49,677 bases of DNA, from NCBI GenBank assembly GCA_937140905.1, contig CAKZQO010000121.1, positions 1-49,677 of the forward strand, in the 5' to 3' direction. This stretch comes from an uncultured Spirochaeta sp. (GTDB lineage: Bacteria > Spirochaetota > Spirochaetia > DTKZ01). This document shows, one piece after another, positions 25,695-36,596 of this stretch (position 1 is its first letter; the number at the start of each line of letters is the position of its first letter). The notes under the pieces were generated by a model. It had not been told where the DNA came from. It worked only from the letters and a program-made list of their open reading frames with translations, and ran no database searches. A program made the translations under genes and the position numbers.

Positions 25695-27002
25695 ATGGAT
25701 CAAGTCGAAACGATCCGGGAAGTGTTTCAATACCTTCGACAGTTTACGGGTACTACTTTCGTCATCAAGGTAGAGTACCCCATCATCCAGGATACCTTAT
25801 TCCCCGTCCTGATGCGGGACGTGGCGTTCCTCCATCAGGTTGGAATCCGGATCATCCTAGTGCCCGGCGCCAAGGAACGAATCGATGAAATATTGAAGGA
25901 CTACCATATTGAAGGGAAAACTGTGCGGGGAATCCGGGTAACAAGCCATGAGGCAATGCCCTTCATCAAGATGGCTGCCTTCGATGTGGCCAACCGGGTC
26001 ATGACGAGTCTCGCCGCTTCCTCCATCAATGCGGTTATTGGGAATTGGGTGCGGGCGCGGGGAATTGGAGTCGTGGACGGAACAGATTTTCAAAGTGCCG
26101 GCACCGTGGACCGGGTACTGACCGAAGGACTCCGGAGAGTTTTGGAGGATGGCTTCGTTCCCATCCTTCCCTGTATCGGATGGAACTCTACCGGAAGACC
26201 GTACAACATTTCTTCCAACGAACTAGCGGTAGTCACCGCTGCCCGAATCGGAGCGGAAAAGCTATTTTTCCTCACCGCGGGCACGGTGTTTCGGGCTTCG
26301 GATTTCCACGTCCCCGACGGCGTTCCCGTCGCTCCCGGTGGACGGATCAGTAACTTCACTCTGGACGATCTGGATCGATTCTTCCAGCTAAACCAGGATA
26401 AGGAAGAACAGTTGGAACTCCTTCGCATGGCAAGACGGGCCTGTGAGTCCGGTGTGGAACGAGTCCACATCCTCGATGGGAGGATGGAGGGAGCCTTGCT
26501 TTCCGAAATCTTCTCCAACCTCGGTTCAGGTACCATGGTCTACTCCAATCGCTACGCAGGGATTCGACCCATGAAACCCACGGAAATCATCGATGTCCTT
26601 AGGCTGATGAAACCCTTCGTGGAACGGGGGATCCTTCTTCCTCGCACCGAGGAAATACTCGCGGAAACCTATCAAGACTATATCGTGTTCGAAATCGATG
26701 ACGCCATCCATGCCTGTGCTGCCCTTCATTTGTATCCCGAAGGGGTAGGAGAAATCGCGGGAGTAGCGGTAGACGAGCAATACACCCATCTAGGGGTAGG
26801 CCCCAAACTCATTGGGTACTTGCTGGAGAAAGCAAAGGAGCTAGGATTGAAACGAGTGTTCGTCCTGACCGTAGCTACAGTGGACTGGTTCCTCAAGCTA
26901 GGGTTCGAAGAAGCGGATCTCTCAGCCCTTCCAGAAAAGAAACGGGCAGCTTACGACTTGAGAAGGCGAAGCCGGATTTTGGTAAAGGAACTGAAGGACT
27001 GA
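25695..27002 (+). CDS. argA: N-acetylglutamate synthase (amino-acid kinase domain plus GNAT)
   Basis: 'FVIKVEY...', 'IRIILVPGA' and a C-terminal GNAT ('EIAGVAVDEQYTHLGVGPKLIGYL'). I prefer the ATG at 25695. The track start at 25578 would overlap the divergent kinase gene. Confidence 0.82.
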   Translation: MDQVETIREVFQYLRQFTGTTFVIKVEYPIIQDTLFPVLMRDVAFLHQVGIRIILVPGAKERIDEILKDYHIEGKTVRGIRVTSHEAMPFIKMAAFDVANRVMTSLAASSINAVIGNWVRARGIGVVDGTDFQSAGTVDRVLTEGLRRVLEDGFVPILPCIGWNSTGRPYNISSNELAVVTAARIGAEKLFFLTAGTVFRASDFHVPDGVPVAPGGRISNFTLDDLDRFFQLNQDKEEQLELLRMARRACESGVERVHILDGRMEGALLSEIFSNLGSGTMVYSNRYAGIRPMKPTEIIDVLRLMKPFVERGILLPRTEEILAETYQDYIVFEIDDAIHACAALHLYPEGVGEIAGVAVDEQYTHLGVGPKLIGYLLEKAKELGLKRVFVLTVATVDWFLKLGFEEADLSALPEKKRAAYDLRRRSRILVKELKD

Positions 27003-27017
27003 ACAAAGGAACAATCC

Positions 27018-27866
27018 ATGACCACCTGGAACCTAGAGGAAGTTCTGAAACTGCTGGATGAATCTGCCCGTATAGCCCTCCACTATTTCGAATCCCCTAC
27101 TCGTGAGTTCAAACAAGATCGCTCCATCGTCACTCAAGCTGACAAAGAAATCGAAGAGATGTTGGGAAGGGAGTTCGATAGACCCGAGGATGGGGTGTAC
27201 TTAATCGGAGAGGAAACCGTCGAAACGAAAGACGAGACCTACCTGAAGGAAGCGTTAAAGGGCAAGGCTTGGATCATCGATCCCATCGATGGAACCTCTT
27301 CCTACGCGAATCACCTCCTTTCCTGGGGTATATCTATTGCCTATGCGGAGAAGGGGAAGATTACAGAGGGCGCCATCTATCTTCCGGTGGCGGGAAAACT
27401 CCTTATCACGGAAACGGATCGGGTGTATGCCTCTCAATGGAGACGGGATTGCTCGGACGACGAACCCCACCTCGTTCCTCACAAACCGGTTCTACCTAAA
27501 CCCCCTTTTGAAGCGGGAGTGATCGCTATCGATCAGGGGAACACCCGAAAGGGTCATCGTTTCCCCGGGACTGTCCACGCGAGCGGAAGTAGTGTCTTTG
27601 CCCTTCTCCACCTGTTCATGGGTGGGTATGTGAGTTACATTGCCTACGCAAAACTCTGGGATCTGGCCTCCGGAGCCGCTCTAATGGAAAAATTGGGTTT
27701 TCTTGGTTCCTTCGAGGACGGGAAACCATACACCCCCTCCATCGATGAATCTATCTATGAACTCTCCCCTGAAGCTGGGAACCACCGATGGAAAACTAGG
27801 GGACGGGTGGTGTTTTCCGGCTCCAAAGAAGGGTTACAGTATACCCTTGAGGGGCTTCGAAACTAG
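27018..27866 (+). CDS. Inositol monophosphatase family protein
   Basis: 282 aa. 'LIGEE' and 'WIIDPIDGTSSY' are IMPase signature motifs. Confidence 0.85.
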   Translation: MTTWNLEEVLKLLDESARIALHYFESPTREFKQDRSIVTQADKEIEEMLGREFDRPEDGVYLIGEETVETKDETYLKEALKGKAWIIDPIDGTSSYANHLLSWGISIAYAEKGKITEGAIYLPVAGKLLITETDRVYASQWRRDCSDDEPHLVPHKPVLPKPPFEAGVIAIDQGNTRKGHRFPGTVHASGSSVFALLHLFMGGYVSYIAYAKLWDLASGAALMEKLGFLGSFEDGKPYTPSIDESIYELSPEAGNHRWKTRGRVVFSGSKEGLQYTLEGLRN

Positions 27867-27884
27867 AAAGTAAGGATAAAAAGT

Positions 27885-30800
27885 TTAATACCCTAGATGG
27901 GAAGCAAGCCACTTCTCCGTTTCTTCCACCGTGGATCCCGTGCGCCTGGCATAGTCTTCCACCTGGTCCTTTCCAATCTTGTCCACACTGAAATACCGAG
28001 AAGCAGGGTGGGAAAAGTAGTACCCGGAAACCGATGCGGGAGGCACCATCATGTACGTTTCCGTGAGGGTAATCCCCAACCGATCCGGTTCCAGAAGATT
28101 CCAGATGCGAGCCTTTTCCCGATGGTCGGGACAAGGGGGATAGCCAGGAGCTGGTCGAATGCCCTGGTATCGAACCTTGAAGATATCCTCGACCGAGAGG
28201 GATTCCTCGGGGGCATACCCCCAGAGTTCTTTCCGCACCAGGAGGTGGAGGTACTCGGCAAAGGCTTCCGCCAACCGATCGGCTAGAATCTTCAACAAAA
28301 TAGCTCTGTAGTCATCCCCTTCCCGTTCGAACCGCTCCGTTGCTTCTGTGAGACCTATCCCCGCAGTAACTGCAAAGAAACCCATGTAATCGGGGATGGA
28401 ACTAGAAAGAGGAGCAATGAAATCAGCCAAGGAAAGGTAGTAAGGGGTTTCTTTTTTCCGCAACTGCTGTCGCAAGAAAGGAATACGTAGAAGCTCCTGT
28501 TGACGGTTATTATCCGCATACACTACCACTGTGTCATCCACTGTGGAATTGACTGGGAATATCCCGTACACCCCTCTAGCTTGAAGGAGGGAACGTCCCT
28601 CGATTTGTTCCAGCATTTGCTGGGCATCGCGAAACAATTTTTTTGCCTCTCCCCCTTTTGCGGGATCTTTCAGGATCTGGGGATACTTCCCATCCATGTC
28701 CCAAGCGACGAAGAAGAACTGGTAATCTATAAAAGGAACTAAGACAGAAATAGGTACTTCGATCGTATGGAAGCCCAGTCGGTTTGGTTTGGGGGGCGTG
28801 TATCCCGACCATCCCGGATCGAACCGTTTCTTTCGAGCCTCTTCCAAGGGTAGTAGATCGTAGGGAGAACGGGCAAGTCGCTGGACACGAAGGGAACTGT
28901 ACCGTTTCCGAATCCCAGAAACAAAGGGGTCTCTTTTCGCGGAATCCCTTAAAGATGCGGCTACCCCTACCGCTAGGGAAGCGTCCTTCACATGGACTAC
29001 AGGCCCTCGATACACAGGTTCGATCTTTACGGCGGTGTGAATCTCCGAGGTAGTGGCTCCCCCAATGAGAAGGGGTAGGTTCAAGCCGGACCGTTCCATC
29101 TCCGAGGCAACATGGACCATTTCATCCAGCGATGGAGTGATGAGTCCGGACAACCCGATCATGTCTACCTTCTGTTCCTTGGCTGCCTGGAGAATAACCT
29201 CCGAGGGAACCATCACGCCTAGATCGATCACCTCCCATCCATTGCATTGAAGAACGACCTTTACGATGTTCTTTCCGATGTCGTGCACATCCCCTTTCAC
29301 CGTGGCGATGAGGAACTTACCCTTAGTGGATCCTTCTCCCTCTGCCTTTTCTTCCCGTAGGTAGGGCTCCAGGTAGGAGACTGCCTGCTTCATTACCCGG
29401 GCACTCTTCACGACCTGAGGGAGGAACATCTTTCCCAAGCCAAACAGTTCTCCGACCTGATTCATACCATCCATCAAGGGGCCTTCGATCACCTTGAGGG
29501 CCGAACCAAGCTCTTTCCGAGCTTCTTCCACATCCGCTTCGATGAAGGTGGTGATTCCTTTCACGAGAGAATGGGCTATACGTTCCCCCACTCCTCCTTT
29601 ACGCCAAGCAGGGTCTTCTGGTTCCTGCATCTTGTCAGAGCTACTGTAGAGGGGAGCAATTTCCAATAACCGTTCCGTTGCGTCCGGACGCCGATTGAGA
29701 ATCACGTCCTCTACCCGTTCCAACAGGTCCTTTGGAATCTCATCGTACACATCCAACTGTCCCGGATTCACGATTCCCATATCTAGTCCAGCTCGAATGG
29801 CATGGTAGAGGAACGCCGTGTGCATGGCTCGGCGGATTCGTTCGTTTCCCCGGAAGGAGAAGGATAGATTACTGATTCCTCCGCTGGTTCTTGCGTAGGG
29901 AAGATGGTTCTTGATGAACCTGACCGCTTCTAGAAAATCCACCCCGTAGTTCCTATGTTCCTCCATCCCTGTAGCAAGGGCAAAGATGTTTGGATCCAGG
30001 ATGATGTCTTCGGGAGGAAAATCTAGCCGTTCCCGGAGCAATCGGTAGGCCCGGGTACAGATGCTTACCTTCCGCTGGAAGGTATCCGCTTGCCCTTCCT
30101 CATCGAACGCCATCACCACCGTGGCCGCTCCATACTTTCTTACCAACCGAGCCCGGCGAAGGAACTCCTCCTCTCCCTCCTTAAGACTCAAGGAGTTCAC
30201 CGCACACTTTCCCTGCACGCACTGTAGTCCAGCTTCGATCACTTCCCAACGGGAAGAGTCGATCATGATCGGTAACCGGGCAATGTCGGGCTCCGTGGCC
30301 AGAAGAAGAAGGAACCTTCGCATGGCTTCCACAGAGTCCAGCATCCCCTCGTCCATGTTCACATCCAGCATCTGAGCCCCACCTTCCACCTGGTCGCGGG
30401 CCACCTCCAAAGCCTCTTCGTACTTGCCTTCGGTGATAAGTCTCCGAAAACGAGCCGAACCCGTAACGTTCGTCCGCTCTCCGATATTTACGAAGAGACT
30501 TCCAGGACCAATGACTAAGGGTTCTAGCCCAGAAAGGCAAGTGAAGTGCTTGGGAAGGTGGGGCTTTCTTGGGGAAATACCGGAAAGAGCCTCCACAATG
30601 GCAGCGATATGCTCCGGAGTAGTACCGCAGCACCCTCCCACGATGTTCACAAGACCTTCCCCCGCGAACTCCTTTAGGGTAGCGGCCATGAACTTGGGAG
30701 AATGATCGTAGGCGCCAAAAGCATTAGGAAGACCCGCATTGGGATGCACGCTTACCGCTGTTTCTGCTACTTGGGCCAACTCCACCACATGGGGACGCAG

Positions 30801-31559
30801 TTTGTCTGCCCCCATGGCGCAGTTCAGCCCCACGCTGAAGGGATTCGCATGACGGATGGAATAGTAGAAGGCTTTAGGTGTTTGCCCGGATAGAGTACGA
30901 CCCGCTGCGTCGGTTATCGTTCCGGATACCATGATGGGAAGGCTTTTCCCCCGTTCTTCGAACAGGGTAAGAAGGGCGTAGATCGCTGCTTTGGCATTCA
31001 GGGTATCGAAGATCGTTTCGATCAAGAAAAGGTCTACCCCTCCATCCCAGAGACCTTCTGCCGACTCCTTGTAAGCCTTAGCGAGTTCCATGAAGGTAAG
31101 ATCCCGGTACCCAGGGTCTTGCACCCGGGGAGAGATAGAGAGGGTCTTATTGGTAGGTCCCAGCACTCCTGCCACAAAGGCGGGCTTTCCTTTCCTCCCC
31201 GCGAAAGACTCTACCGCTTTTCTCGCGATCCGGGCCCCTTCGTAGGAGAGTTGATAACCCAGCTCCTGCAAGCCGTAATCCTTCTGACTGATGGCGTTTG
31301 AATTGAACGTGTTGGTCTCGATGATGTCGGCCCCCGCTTCTAAATAGGAACGGTGGATTTCTTCGATCAAATCGGGTTGAGTAAGATTCAAAAGGTCATG
31401 GTTCCCTTTGAACTGAATTTCAGGGTGGATATCCTTGAACCGGATCCCCCGGACATCCTCTTCGCTCAGTCGATGAGCCTGGATCATGGTACCCATGGCT
31501 CCATCGAGGAAAAGAATTCGCTTTTCCGACAACTGCTTGAGCTCTTCCAGACTACTCAC
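27885..31559 (-). CDS. metH: Cobalamin-dependent methionine synthase
   Basis: 1224 aa. Hcy-binding domain ('LDGAMGT', '[12 protein letters not shown]'), pterin-binding domain, B12-binding '[13 protein letters not shown]' (DxHxxG) and a C-terminal AdoMet activation domain. Confidence 0.95.
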   Translation of the reverse strand: MSSLEELKQLSEKRILFLDGAMGTMIQAHRLSEEDVRGIRFKDIHPEIQFKGNHDLLNLTQPDLIEEIHRSYLEAGADIIETNTFNSNAISQKDYGLQELGYQLSYEGARIARKAVESFAGRKGKPAFVAGVLGPTNKTLSISPRVQDPGYRDLTFMELAKAYKESAEGLWDGGVDLFLIETIFDTLNAKAAIYALLTLFEERGKSLPIMVSGTITDAAGRTLSGQTPKAFYYSIRHANPFSVGLNCAMGADKLRPHVVELAQVAETAVSVHPNAGLPNAFGAYDHSPKFMAATLKEFAGEGLVNIVGGCCGTTPEHIAAIVEALSGISPRKPHLPKHFTCLSGLEPLVIGPGSLFVNIGERTNVTGSARFRRLITEGKYEEALEVARDQVEGGAQMLDVNMDEGMLDSVEAMRRFLLLLATEPDIARLPIMIDSSRWEVIEAGLQCVQGKCAVNSLSLKEGEEEFLRRARLVRKYGAATVVMAFDEEGQADTFQRKVSICTRAYRLLRERLDFPPEDIILDPNIFALATGMEEHRNYGVDFLEAVRFIKNHLPYARTSGGISNLSFSFRGNERIRRAMHTAFLYHAIRAGLDMGIVNPGQLDVYDEIPKDLLERVEDVILNRRPDATERLLEIAPLYSSSDKMQEPEDPAWRKGGVGERIAHSLVKGITTFIEADVEEARKELGSALKVIEGPLMDGMNQVGELFGLGKMFLPQVVKSARVMKQAVSYLEPYLREEKAEGEGSTKGKFLIATVKGDVHDIGKNIVKVVLQCNGWEVIDLGVMVPSEVILQAAKEQKVDMIGLSGLITPSLDEMVHVASEMERSGLNLPLLIGGATTSEIHTAVKIEPVYRGPVVHVKDASLAVGVAASLRDSAKRDPFVSGIRKRYSSLRVQRLARSPYDLLPLEEARKKRFDPGWSGYTPPKPNRLGFHTIEVPISVLVPFIDYQFFFVAWDMDGKYPQILKDPAKGGEAKKLFRDAQQMLEQIEGRSLLQARGVYGIFPVNSTVDDTVVVYADNNRQQELLRIPFLRQQLRKKETPYYLSLADFIAPLSSSIPDYMGFFAVTAGIGLTEATERFEREGDDYRAILLKILADRLAEAFAEYLHLLVRKELWGYAPEESLSVEDIFKVRYQGIRPAPGYPPCPDHREKARIWNLLEPDRLGITLTETYMMVPPASVSGYYFSHPASRYFSVDKIGKDQVEDYARRTGSTVEETEKWLASHLGY

Positions 31560-32041
31560 TCTTCCCTCCCCTTACGCGACTGTCGTTCCAATTGAGTCAG
31601 GATGCGATCGAAGGTAGCGGCAAAGGCTTTGACCTCTTTCCTTCCAAACCCTCCCATGGGACTCTCGTACAACCCAACTTCCCTTAGTTCTTTCATAAAG
31701 TTTCGGATAGACAATCGCTCCCTTACATTTTCCTTCGTGTACAGTTCCCCCCGATCGTTGATCACCAGGGGTCCTTGTTCTACCAATTCGGCTGCCAGCG
31801 GAATGTCCCGGGTAATCACCAAATCTCCTGCCCCTACCTGTTCCTTGATGAAAGCGTCCGCTCTCCCTTCTCCCTCCTCTACATGGATAAAACGCACATT
31901 CCGATTTTTGGGAAGAGGGATCGGACGATTAGCCGCAAAGATGGCGAGGAAATTCCGCTTTTTAGCAGCCTTGCACACAATTTCCCGAACCCGGACAGGG
32001 CAGGAGTCGGCATCAATAAACACTCGCATAGGATTATCCAT
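31556..32041 (-). CDS. yaiI: YaiI/YqxD (UPF0178) family protein
   Basis: '[17 protein letters not shown]' matches the UPF0178 N-terminus. The real start may be the ATG at 32029. 4-nt overlap with the metH start. Confidence 0.8.
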   Translation of the reverse strand: MDNPMRVFIDADSCPVRVREIVCKAAKKRNFLAIFAANRPIPLPKNRNVRFIHVEEGEGRADAFIKEQVGAGDLVITRDIPLAAELVEQGPLVINDRGELYTKENVRERLSIRNFMKELREVGLYESPMGGFGRKEVKAFAATFDRILTQLERQSRKGREE

Positions 32042-33260
32042 CCATACCTACCCGGGCTCTAGCGAACCATCCCTTTCCATCGTTCCTTCCAGCGAGAAAG
32101 ACCTCAGTCACTGAGGAATCCAGAAAACAAGCTTCCCCCCGTTTTAGCAAGAAAGCTTCGGATCCCGATTCCCTCCATACTTCCCATACTCCCTCTCCAC
32201 AGAGAAGAATCTCGGGCCCCCGAGCAGGAACAGGTATTGCCTCCTTCGCCCTATCGAACCGAAGAATAGATAAGCTAAGCTCCAACACGGGGACTGGATA
32301 CAGTTCCTCCCAATATTCCCCGTTTCGTGTCTGAATCATAGTACGTTTGGGTCGAATTACCTTGGGAATTTCGTGCTGGAACCGTATCACCCGAAGAAGC
32401 TCATCGAGATCCATATGCTTGGAAGTCAATCCTCCCCGCAGGACGTTGTCCGAGTTGGCCATTAGCTCTATTCCAAATCCCTGGAGATAAGCGTGTAGTA
32501 CTCCTGAATCTAGGAATATAGCTTCTCCCGGTGAAAGCTCTACCAGGTTCAGATAGTAGGGGGCAAAGCAACCTGGATCTTCGGGGTATCGTTGGGCTAA
32601 TCGGCAAAACCATCGATCCTCTAGAGAAAGACTCTCCGAACTCTCTGACAGAAGGGCTTGATAACCAAGGATCCAGGAGCGTACCACCCCTTTGGGAAGG
32701 GAAAAGAAGGATCGATAGAATCCCTCTAAGTCCCCTCCCTCTAGCAGGGGGAAGAAGTCCTCCAGTTTTGGAATAGCCAAAGTCAATCGCTTGCACTGTT
32801 GGAGAATAGTCAAAGGGGATCTAAATCCACAGAGGGCTGTGAAGGGAGAAAGGGCAAGGAGAATTTCCGGTTTATGATTGGGATCCTTGTAGTTACGGGA
32901 TGGCGAGTCTAAAGGAATACCCAACTGGTTTTCTTTCTGAAAACCTTCCTGCGCCTGCTTACGGGATGGATGACATTGGATCGATAAGGGTTCTGCAGCG
33001 GCCAATAGTTTCAGGAGAAAAGGAAGCTGGGGTCCAAAGGTGTTGACTACCTTTGAACCCAAACGTTTCTCTGGATCCTTCGTAATCCATTGCAACAGAT
33101 CGATATCCGTTCCTTCCAAGAGAGAGGGAGCTTTAGGGTGTGCTCCGTACCAAAGTTCTGCCCAGGGTTTCTCTTCCGTCATGGGAAGCCCAAGAAACTC
33201 GGGTATCCATTGGGTAGATCCCCAAGGGTAGTCTTGCACTCTAGGGACGATTTTTTGCAT
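32034..33260 (-). CDS. manA: Mannose-6-phosphate isomerase, class I
   Basis: 408 aa. 'QDYPWGS', 'ELWYGAHP' and 'LSIQCHPS' are PMI type I motifs. Confidence 0.88.
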   Translation of the reverse strand: MQKIVPRVQDYPWGSTQWIPEFLGLPMTEEKPWAELWYGAHPKAPSLLEGTDIDLLQWITKDPEKRLGSKVVNTFGPQLPFLLKLLAAAEPLSIQCHPSRKQAQEGFQKENQLGIPLDSPSRNYKDPNHKPEILLALSPFTALCGFRSPLTILQQCKRLTLAIPKLEDFFPLLEGGDLEGFYRSFFSLPKGVVRSWILGYQALLSESSESLSLEDRWFCRLAQRYPEDPGCFAPYYLNLVELSPGEAIFLDSGVLHAYLQGFGIELMANSDNVLRGGLTSKHMDLDELLRVIRFQHEIPKVIRPKRTMIQTRNGEYWEELYPVPVLELSLSILRFDRAKEAIPVPARGPEILLCGEGVWEVWRESGSEAFLLKRGEACFLDSSVTEVFLAGRNDGKGWFARARVGMDG

Positions 33261-33300
33261 AATCCGTTAACTCTACCGCATCTTACTAAAGGGAGGAAGG

Positions 33301-34602
33301 ATGAATCAACTACAGACCCTTCATGCCATCGAGGGCGGTGCTTTCGATTCTCTCTTTTCCACTCTCTACCCTAATGAAGCCTTGAATAGCTGTAAGAAGC
33401 GATACCTATCCCTTCTGGAACGGCACAGAAAACAATTTGGTTTGAAGGAGGTTTGGATGGTTTCCAGTCCTGGGAGAACCGAACTCGGGGGCAACCATAC
33501 AGACCACAATCATGGGAAGGTGCTCGCAGCGGCCGTGCATCTCGATGCGATAGCCGTAGCTTCGCTCCACAGTGATTCGCATACTAGTACCCCCTGCGTC
33601 GAACTCTTTTCCGAGGGATTCCCAGAGATCCGGATGACAATTGAGGATCTATCGCCCAAGAAGGAAGAAGAAGGACGTACCGAAGGATTAGTCCGCGGCC
33701 TTCTTAGCGGATTCGCAAAGAAAGGATTCCCTATTGGGGGCTTTCAAGCGGTTATCCAGAGCAGGGTACTTCCCGGTTCTGGTCTAAGCTCCTCTGCAGC
33801 GATCGAACTACTCCTGGCGACTCTCTACAATGTCCTGTTTGCCCAGGGGGCCCTTACGCCCCTCGAGTTGGCTCTCATGGGAAAGGAAACGGAAAACATC
33901 TACTTCGGAAAACCCTGTGGTTTGATGGATCAATTGACCTGTGCTCATGGAGGGGTGTGTAGTATAGATTTTGAGAATCCACAGAGTCCTAGGGTAGAAC
34001 ATGTCCCCTTCTCTCTTCCAGGGTACCATCTGTTCCTCATCGATACGGGGAGTTCCCACGCAGATCTGACAGATGAATACGCCTCCATCCCTAGGGAGAT
34101 GAAAGAAGTTGCCCGCCTCTTAGGAGGTGTAGTCCTCCGGGATGTGTCCAAGGAAAAATTCCTTTCCAAGATCCCTAGTCTAAAGGGTAAGGGGAACGAT
34201 CGAGCCATCCTCCGAGCCCTCCATTTCTATCGGGAAAACGAACGCGTAGAAGGAATGATCCAAGCTCTAAAGGAAGGGAAAACCGAACTATTCCTATCCT
34301 TGGTGAAGGAATCGGGCCTTTCCTCATGGACGCTATTGCAAAACTGTGTTTCCTATCGGGATCCTACATCCCAGCAGCTTTCTTTGGCGTTAGGATGGGC
34401 AGAGGAATTCCTAGGGAAAAGAGGGGGGGTGAGGGTTCATGGAGGAGGATTTGCGGGAACCATCCAAGCCTACGTTCCCTATGAAGATGGGGACGCGTTC
34501 GTATCCCATATGGAACGCCTATTTGGAAAGGGCTCTGTCATTCCCTTACAGGTCCGTCCCTCCGGCGCCAGGGTTATCAGATCCCTTGATCAGTTCCCTT
34601 GA
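33301..34602 (+). CDS. galK: Galactokinase-family GHMP sugar kinase (substrate uncertain)
   Basis: 433 aa. 'SPGRTELGGNHTDHNHG' is a divergent galactokinase motif I. GHMP motif 'PGSGLSSSAAIELL' is present. Confidence 0.7.
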   Translation: MNQLQTLHAIEGGAFDSLFSTLYPNEALNSCKKRYLSLLERHRKQFGLKEVWMVSSPGRTELGGNHTDHNHGKVLAAAVHLDAIAVASLHSDSHTSTPCVELFSEGFPEIRMTIEDLSPKKEEEGRTEGLVRGLLSGFAKKGFPIGGFQAVIQSRVLPGSGLSSSAAIELLLATLYNVLFAQGALTPLELALMGKETENIYFGKPCGLMDQLTCAHGGVCSIDFENPQSPRVEHVPFSLPGYHLFLIDTGSSHADLTDEYASIPREMKEVARLLGGVVLRDVSKEKFLSKIPSLKGKGNDRAILRALHFYRENERVEGMIQALKEGKTELFLSLVKESGLSSWTLLQNCVSYRDPTSQQLSLALGWAEEFLGKRGGVRVHGGGFAGTIQAYVPYEDGDAFVSHMERLFGKGSVIPLQVRPSGARVIRSLDQFP

Positions 34603-35657
34603 GCTTGTACCTGGTGCCGGATGATTTCTCGATCGAAGACAGAGAGGACCAGCGTGGTATTTACTGGTTGCAGATAGGGGAAGGCGATTCGCCCTCCTGG
34701 ATGCTTCATGGAAAATAGCACTTTCCGTTCTCCCCCAGGGCTTACTACTTCCACCTTCAAATCCACCACCACCGGATAGAGAGGTAAGGTATAGTCGAAC
34801 AATCCAAAACGGGAATTCTTGTCAGGCTCTGTTGCCTCTGTCATCGTAAGTTCTATCGTTGTTCCAGGTTCTATTTCTTCCCCTCCTTTGGGGGTCTGTT
34901 CTACAATGGTTCCAGCCCGTTTCCCTTGGGTTCTTGGTTGGAACTGGAATACGAAAGGGATCTGTTCTTGCACTAAAAGATCCATTGCTTCTGTATAGGA
35001 ACGACCTAGGAGATTGGGTACTTTCTTCTTTTCTACCTCGGGCCCCCTACTCACCACCAATACTAGATCGGTTAGCCCAGTTAGCTCCGCTCCAGGTTCA
35101 GGTTTCTGCTCCAACACAGTCCCCGCAGGAGAAGGATGGAACACATAGGTTACAGGTTCTTTGATTCGGAGGAGAGGTTTTTGGGAAGCAAAGAGGGACT
35201 GCAGGTGAGTGCGAACCTCCTCGAGTTTCTTTCCCCGAAAATCTTCCACTTTGTCCACCACCGATCCTTTACTGACCATGAGAGTGATTCGTTTTCCTGC
35301 CTTTACAACTGTACCCGCAGAGGGACGTTGATCGATTATCTTCCCTTTCAACGATGGATCGGTAGAGAAACGAAGTTGTAATTTCGGGTACAGTTCTCGA
35401 TCTTGAAGCACCACCAACGCCTCTGTCAGTTCCTTCCCCCGCACATCAGGTACTACAGTCTGCTCCGCTCCTTGCAATACTAAGGAAAAAGCAATGAATC
35501 CTGCGATAGCAACTAGAATTAAGGTACCTGCGGAGCCCAGAATTACGATTTTCAACCATCGTTCTTCTGAGGTATCCTGTGGATTGGGAATGATCCTTTG
35601 TACCTGAACCCACAGCTTAGAAATCGTATCGGTTATCTGGTACCAATAGAGTTTCAC
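34590..35657 (-). CDS. Membrane-anchored PASTA-domain protein with no kinase or PBP domain
   Basis: 355 aa. TM segment 'IVILGSAGTLILVAIAGFIAFSLV', then repeated PASTA-like units ('VPDVRGKELTEALVVL', 'VEDFRGKKLEEV', 'VPNLLGRSYTEAMDLL'). GTG start abuts the fmt stop. Confidence 0.75.
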   Translation of the reverse strand: MKLYWYQITDTISKLWVQVQRIIPNPQDTSEERWLKIVILGSAGTLILVAIAGFIAFSLVLQGAEQTVVPDVRGKELTEALVVLQDRELYPKLQLRFSTDPSLKGKIIDQRPSAGTVVKAGKRITLMVSKGSVVDKVEDFRGKKLEEVRTHLQSLFASQKPLLRIKEPVTYVFHPSPAGTVLEQKPEPGAELTGLTDLVLVVSRGPEVEKKKVPNLLGRSYTEAMDLLVQEQIPFVFQFQPRTQGKRAGTIVEQTPKGGEEIEPGTTIELTMTEATEPDKNSRFGLFDYTLPLYPVVVDLKVEVVSPGGERKVLFSMKHPGGRIAFPYLQPVNTTLVLSVFDREIIRHQVQAQGN

Positions 35658-36596
35658 CTATTCCCCCAGTATAGACCCAATGAAATTCCGTTCCCCATTC
35701 AAAAAACTGGTAAAATCCAAGGCTTTCCTTGACTGCAGTTGAAGTGTATGTATAGCCAAGATCCCCTCTCCCGTTTGTACCAGAATTCCTTTCCCCTTGT
35801 CTACACCGATTACTTTTCCCTCCCTTTCCCCCTTGATAGAAGGATGGAAAACCGATGCCTTGAGGATTTTCAACATCTCACCCCGGTACAAGGTCCACGC
35901 GGTAGGCCACGGATCGTACGCCCGAACCATTCGTTCGATCTGTGTAGCCGGTAAATGCCAAGAAATTCTTCCGTCTTCCTTAGTGAGCAATTTGCAATAC
36001 GTGGCTTTGCGTTCATCCTGGGGCACTTCTTTCACCGTGCCTGTTTCGATCCCTTTCAATGCCTGGACCAACAATGCGGCTCCTCGCTCCGCACAAAGGG
36101 CTGTGAGGGACGCCGTAGTTTCCGTTCCATTGAGGGGAATCACCTCCTGGAGTAATATGGGACCCGCATCCATCTGAAGAACAAGTTTCTGAATGGTAAT
36201 CCCTGTTTCGGAATCCCCTTGGAGAATCGCTTCCGGGATCGGGGAAGGGCCCCTATATTTAGGCAATAAGGATGGATGCAGGTTGATTCCCCCCATGGGA
36301 AAGAGGGATAGGAACTTTGGTCCAAAGATCTTTCCAAAAGCCACTACCACCAGAATGTCCGGAGCAAGGCTTTTAACCTGTTCACGAACAGTACCATCTA
36401 ATTTCTGTGGGGTAAGCACGGTGAGATTCAGCTCGAGAGCCTTCTGTTTGACCGGTGAAGGAAGAAGCTTTCTGCCACGGCCAACCTCCTGATCCGGAGC
36501 AGTCACTACTCCTACGATAGAAAACTCTTGAGCCACTGCAATAAGGGAAGGGACAGCCATCTCCGGAGTACCTGCAAAGAGGACTTTCAAACTCAT
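35658..36596 (-). CDS. fmt: Methionyl-tRNA formyltransferase
   Basis: 'KVLFAGTPEMAV' and 'INLHPSLLPKYRGPSPI'. I prefer the ATG at 36596 (ATGA overlap with the def stop) over the track start at 36617. Confidence 0.92.
   Translation of the reverse strand: MSLKVLFAGTPEMAVPSLIAVAQEFSIVGVVTAPDQEVGRGRKLLPSPVKQKALELNLTVLTPQKLDGTVREQVKSLAPDILVVVAFGKIFGPKFLSLFPMGGINLHPSLLPKYRGPSPIPEAILQGDSETGITIQKLVLQMDAGPILLQEVIPLNGTETTASLTALCAERGAALLVQALKGIETGTVKEVPQDERKATYCKLLTKEDGRISWHLPATQIERMVRAYDPWPTAWTLYRGEMLKILKASVFHPSIKGEREGKVIGVDKGKGILVQTGEGILAIHTLQLQSRKALDFTSFLNGERNFIGSILGE

Noticed and set aside
31556-31640. Possible cobalamin or SAM riboswitch ahead of metH
   Set aside because: The metH start overlaps the upstream yaiI stop by 4 nt, so there is no leader region to hold a riboswitch.
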